From NCBI GenBank assembly GCA_001938485.1, contig MQRK01234177.1, forward strand, positions 12,923-65,466: a stretch of DNA of 52,544 nucleotides. The letters run 5' to 3'. Positions 47,519 to 52,544 of this stretch are shown here, piece by piece. The stretch comes from Girardia tigrina. Its lineage: Eukaryota. Position 1 is the stretch's first letter. Each line of letters starts with the position of its first letter. Both the position numbers and the translations under genes were made by a program. The notes below the pieces were generated by a model. It ran no database searches. It was given only the letters and a program-made list of their open reading frames with translations, and was not told where the DNA came from.

Positions 47519-50500
47519 AATAAGTAATACTATATTTAATATATTTGAAAATAAAAGTATTCATATTTTTGATATCGTTTTATTATTTGTTTACTATGGT
47601 TTATATGTTTTGTAAATAAAGTGAGGGTTAAAAGACCCTTCCACAAAATCTAAATATTTTATAATGAATACAAATAAATACAATATAAATAAAAACAAAA
47701 GAATTTCTAAATATAATTTTTCTTCTGTTTTCTATTATTTTGCTTCACTATTTTTTTTAGTAAAAAATGTCGAATATGTATAACAAACGCGCTTCAATGA
47801 TTTCTAACCTTAGTCATTTAGAAGGAACCTTTCTAATTAATTTGACACTTAGCTTTCGCAAGGAAGGCGTTCAAAGATGTCTTCTAGAAAACTTATCCCT
47901 TAATAGGAGTTGTAAAGGATACTGATGATTTAGTGATTTATTTATTACGATTTGACTATTCGTATGCATCTTTTACTATTTTTATAAAATTGTTAAATAA
48001 TAATAGAAATACAAAAAAATAAAACACGTAAATATATGATCATAGGACATGTTTCGATGTTTTCTTGAGTCAAAAATTTAAATATCTACAATACTTTTCA
48101 AAATCTAATGATACAAGATACAAAACAGTCAAGTTTCCATGAGTATAGAAATTTTCAATCAAATATCTCCATTACACAAAAGATCATTGAAGGTCCTTTA
48201 CATTATTTATAATTTTGGAGAGATAGATCGTAATGACGAATATTTCACATTAAATACAGGAATATGATTTATTAAAATTAATTTTCGTAGATAACGGTCG
48301 TTAAGATATCACAATATTTACTTCAGATTGTAAAATGTCAAAACATAAATTGCTGTTAAGTCCAAGAAGTTCATATTTTACATTTATTCCTCAAAGATGT
48401 CTTCCTAGATCTGTCGATCTAAAGTATGACTGAAATTTTAAGATTGTAAAATCAAAGGAAACATAGAATTCGTCATGTTATTTCAGAATTTTACGATTGC
48501 TCATCGAAATCCTTATGATTTCAACTGACCATATGCTGCAATATGATTAAGGAAAGAGTTTACTTTGATTGAAATGTTGTGTAAATATCAGAAAGATATA
48601 CACAATAGAATTTTAAAACAAAAATAATACTTAAACGTAGAAGAATATTTATGGTGTAATTACACGATGATTCTGAATGGATGAGTGGAAAAGACGTATT
48701 ACTTAATGTAGAGAAGACGATAATGGATGTAGAAACCTCTAGATCAACCGATAATCTAGTGCTGATAGCGTAATGTTTTTTCAGTCATCATTTATAGCCC
48801 TAACGATGGAATTTCTCGTTCTCTCGTAAGAGAATTTTGATAAATGTTAGAAAAATAAACCGAATTATAATTGTCTCTTATTGTTTTTGACCAATCATGA
48901 CTTTCCTGATTTGACCAATCAGAGTGAACCATTTCATTCACTAGCCACTTGACAAATAATAATCAACACATACACTGGCATCGATTACAGTTAATTGACT
49001 CCATGAGTCATCGATTATAGGAACTATTGCTCCTTTTTAGAACTTGTTTGATTAATTAAAAACTGATAATTTCAAACAGTGTTTTAAATAAGTATTCATA
49101 AAATTTCATTTCATGATTTTAATTATAATTATAACTATTTCTAATTATTAAAAAAGTTATATTAACTCATCATTTCATGATTTTTTATTAGGTGGCAGAC
49201 AAATGAACTAAACTAGTTCGTACTGTATGCAGTTTTAACACAACAAAATGTTAAAATTAATTTTATAAATTTTTTATGAATATTTGAACAAGTTTTTCCG
49301 TGTGTGGTTTATAAATTACAACATGAAACGAGGGGTTAATTCGGTTCTTTTAAATTTCTACTATTTGATTTTAACTCTCGAAAGCTGAATTTTATTTTTG
49401 ATATATGACTCTGAAATTGTGAATTTCGACTAATTATTTATGAAATAAAGATTGTGTAATCGATTACATGAAGTAACGCTAATCTATAATTTTCAATTAA
49501 CTGATTGGAACTGTCGTAGGAACATTGATTTAGGGCAGCGTGACCTAATTAACAATGTCCTACATGACTCTCTACCATTAACTGTCAAAATACCTAAACA
49601 AATTCTTAAATTTATCAATAATATATTTAATTATCATACAGACATTTTTACCATAAAACCTTTTACGTGTTTGTTACGTTAAATAATTTTTAGATTACTT
49701 TCACGAAACTGTTGGGATATAAGGTGATTTTTAGATAAAATAGAAATTAAAACAAAGAAGATGTTTTTATAAAAATATTTATTTATTAAGTACAATTTTT
49801 ACAATTTCACAATTATTAAAAAGTAATTGAGAAAAACTTAACCTATTAAAGATTTTATATTTTAGATAAGAAGGGAGAAGAAAATTCTTCTGCCCTACTG
49901 ATTTTAGGAAAATATATAAAAAATATTTTAAATAAAATATATAATTATATTTAAATTTGCAGTTCGTACTTTTGTCTTTGTGGCAATTGATAGGTTTTTG
50001 CCTTTTAGTTTTATATTCCTTTTATCTCAAAAATACAGTTGATTTGTTTCTTAAGGAAATCAATTCGGCTTGATTTATTTTCATAATACGCTTTCATTGT
50101 CTCTCTTTACGGTTGAATCAAGTTTTCCTTCTTGTTGGATTAATTAAAATCTGTCTCTTTTGCTTCTTCAAAAATAACTCAAAACTATAATTTTCAAAAT
50201 ATAATTAATGGCGTCTTTCTTAAATTTTCGCTTCTTTTTATACTCCTTTTTTCCATCTTAATTTTCTTTATTTATACTTTAAATAATTTTAATTATCTTT
50301 TGTATAAAAATACTTTTTAACTTATTCCATATTATTTATTCTTTCTATCTATTTTTAATTTAATTATTTATATATATATATATATATAATTTATATTTAA
50401 TTTGATAAAAGATAAATAATTCTTATTTTATCTTGTTAATTAAAACAAACTTATTTTTGATATTTTTATTTAAAATTTATTTTTCCATATACCTAACAAA

Positions 50501-52544
50501 ACCATGTTAGAAAGTGCCACTTCTGTGAATAATTATAAAAAAAGAAAATATACATCAACAAGCAGGTTAAGTTAGTTAAATTATACTTATTCCTTTGCCA
50601 CGAGTATATTTGCTGCTTCAGTCAGCTAAACAGATACACCATTAACGGTGTTATTGTTTCAATTTTAAGAAGACAATTAATTAATTGGGCAAAAAGTAAA
50701 CAGGTTAAGATTTCGGCAAGTATGTTAAGGTTTCCTCAAAATTTTATGTTGTGTATATTAAGTAATTATTTACAGACATTTATTTTTATTATCAATATTA
50801 ATTTTTTCTGTTTTCAGAAACAGAAATGACATTATCTAAATAATTCATTTTAAACCGGTAAAATATTAATATTCATTAAAAATAAACCTGACAGCTGATT
50901 ATGTTAATTAATATAATAATATAAAACCAATGACATTTTATATATTGTGTTTTTGCATAAGTCTTTTATATTTTCATATATTTCATAAAGAACATTTTCA
51001 AATGGAGTTTATTGAATGTTATGTTTGGTATGTTGTTTTTAGGATTGTGTTTCTCCCACCCAGATGGAAGATCGATATTTTGAATGTTTTGAACCGTCGG
51101 ATTATTCGGACAATTTCAAAATATATATAGCAACTTTAAAATTAAATTACAGGGTTTTTCATTTTTATAAAACCTTAATTCCGTTTTTAGAAAACCTTAA
51201 TTCCGTTTTTAGAAAACATTAGTTATATTTATTTATTTTTGGGACTTAATCGAGATTTTTCATAAAATAAATATCATTTTCAGTTGTAAAATATCATGTA
51301 ACTTATATTGGTTTAATAAATCTTTATTGTTTTAAAAACAAACAGTAAAACATAAACAGAACAAGTTTTTCATTAAATAAAATCCTCGAGTCGTATTGCC
51401 ATATGAGACACATATGAGAATAATAACCCCTCATATCATACTCATCATTTGACAACAGATTAGTAACTAGATTAATAATACCCTCTTGATCTCGGGGAAT
51501 TTCCTTCTAACAATATCGATGTTTGAGCGTCGAAAAAAGCCCTCAAACTGATTCAGTTGAGGAGAATATGGTGGTAAGAACTTCACCACACACCCATTTT
51601 CATTTAAAGCTACTTTTAAATACTTTAAAAATACTTTTTTTTAAATACTTTTTTGTAGTGGCTACTTTGTATTTAATTTTTGTATTTTTCAAAGGAATTG
51701 TGAAAATATTTAAAAAATATGTATTTATAAATTAAAATTTCAAAAATTTTAGGGTTGAAAATATTTTAAATTAAAATCTAGTGATAATTTTATATTATTG
51801 AAACATTATAATAAAAAAAATGAAAATTTATTAAAATTAAATTTTATAATAACCAAAATGAAAAAGTTTGGTTAAGGATTTATTTAATGAAAATTTTATA
51901 ATAATAAATTGTAAACGTTTAGTAAAGATTTTTTTTGAAAATTATTAGGTTCGTAGTTTTGTTGCGATGAAATTTCCTAAAAAGACATTTTTGAAACTTT
52001 TATTTTATAACAATAAACATATTTAAAAACAAAAACACACCATTTGTTAAGTATACATTTATTTTTAAGACAATTATTTAAGTATTGAGAGAGGGTGGCC
52101 TGTGAAGTACTTTATATCAGACCTTTAGATCCTAAGATTAATGTGCAAACGGGTCTCTCGAAAACCTTATTGAGCGTGTTTAGATGACATAATAATCCAT
52201 TGATGACATAATCACTGCTTGCCTATATAAGCAGATTTAAAATTCATTTTTTCCTTGAGACCTGACTGTGAGGAATATTTAGTGTGTGGATGTTTTTGTG
52301 TAGTTTTTGTATGTTTAAATGTTGTATGTTGATTTGGGATTGTGCCTCTCCTAACCAGATGGATTGTCAATATTTAATTTTTATAATCTGAAACTAATTT
52401 ATTTAAAGTTAGATTTAATATTCATATTTTTAGTTTTTATTATTGTACTTTTTAAATAATTTTAATGATTTTATTTTTGTAAATTTTTAAATAATTAAAA
52501 TCAAATTAATGTTTAAAAATAACTATAAAAATATTTTATTTCAG

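Noticed and set aside
47915-47965. CTGATGA as another hammerhead core (also 5853, 16387, 33869)
   Set aside because: No correctly placed GAAA and stems; two of these lie within transposase or integrase codons.
52535-52544. Terminal tttatttcag as the acceptor of the next GPCR exon
   Set aside because: It lies within or next to a copy of the dispersed repeat and cannot be tested without downstream sequence.

Overview
Very AT-rich eukaryotic (invertebrate-like) genomic DNA with three N gaps. It mixes very short (42-48 bp) introns with multi-kb introns full of transposons. Host genes, all on the + strand: the 3' part of a spliced SLC6 Na+/Cl- transporter (8-9 exons, 4828-21435), the first three visible exons of a class B (secretin/calcitonin-type) GPCR (26604-32891), and an intronless, divergent PKA regulatory subunit (46433-47518). 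A CTF8 pseudogene lies on the - strand next to the PKA gene. Mobile DNA includes MULE, several mariner/Tc1 copies, hAT, piggyBac, Ty3/Gypsy, Penelope-like elements, MITEs and a DINE-1/Helentron-like element. The most striking unexplained structure is a recurring architecture in the SLC6 introns: long inverted repeats carrying, or flanked by, outward-facing minimal type I hammerhead ribozyme motifs (14344-15285, 16588-17168, and a decayed case at 6804-7215). All calls were made by eye from motifs; no searches or folding programs were run.
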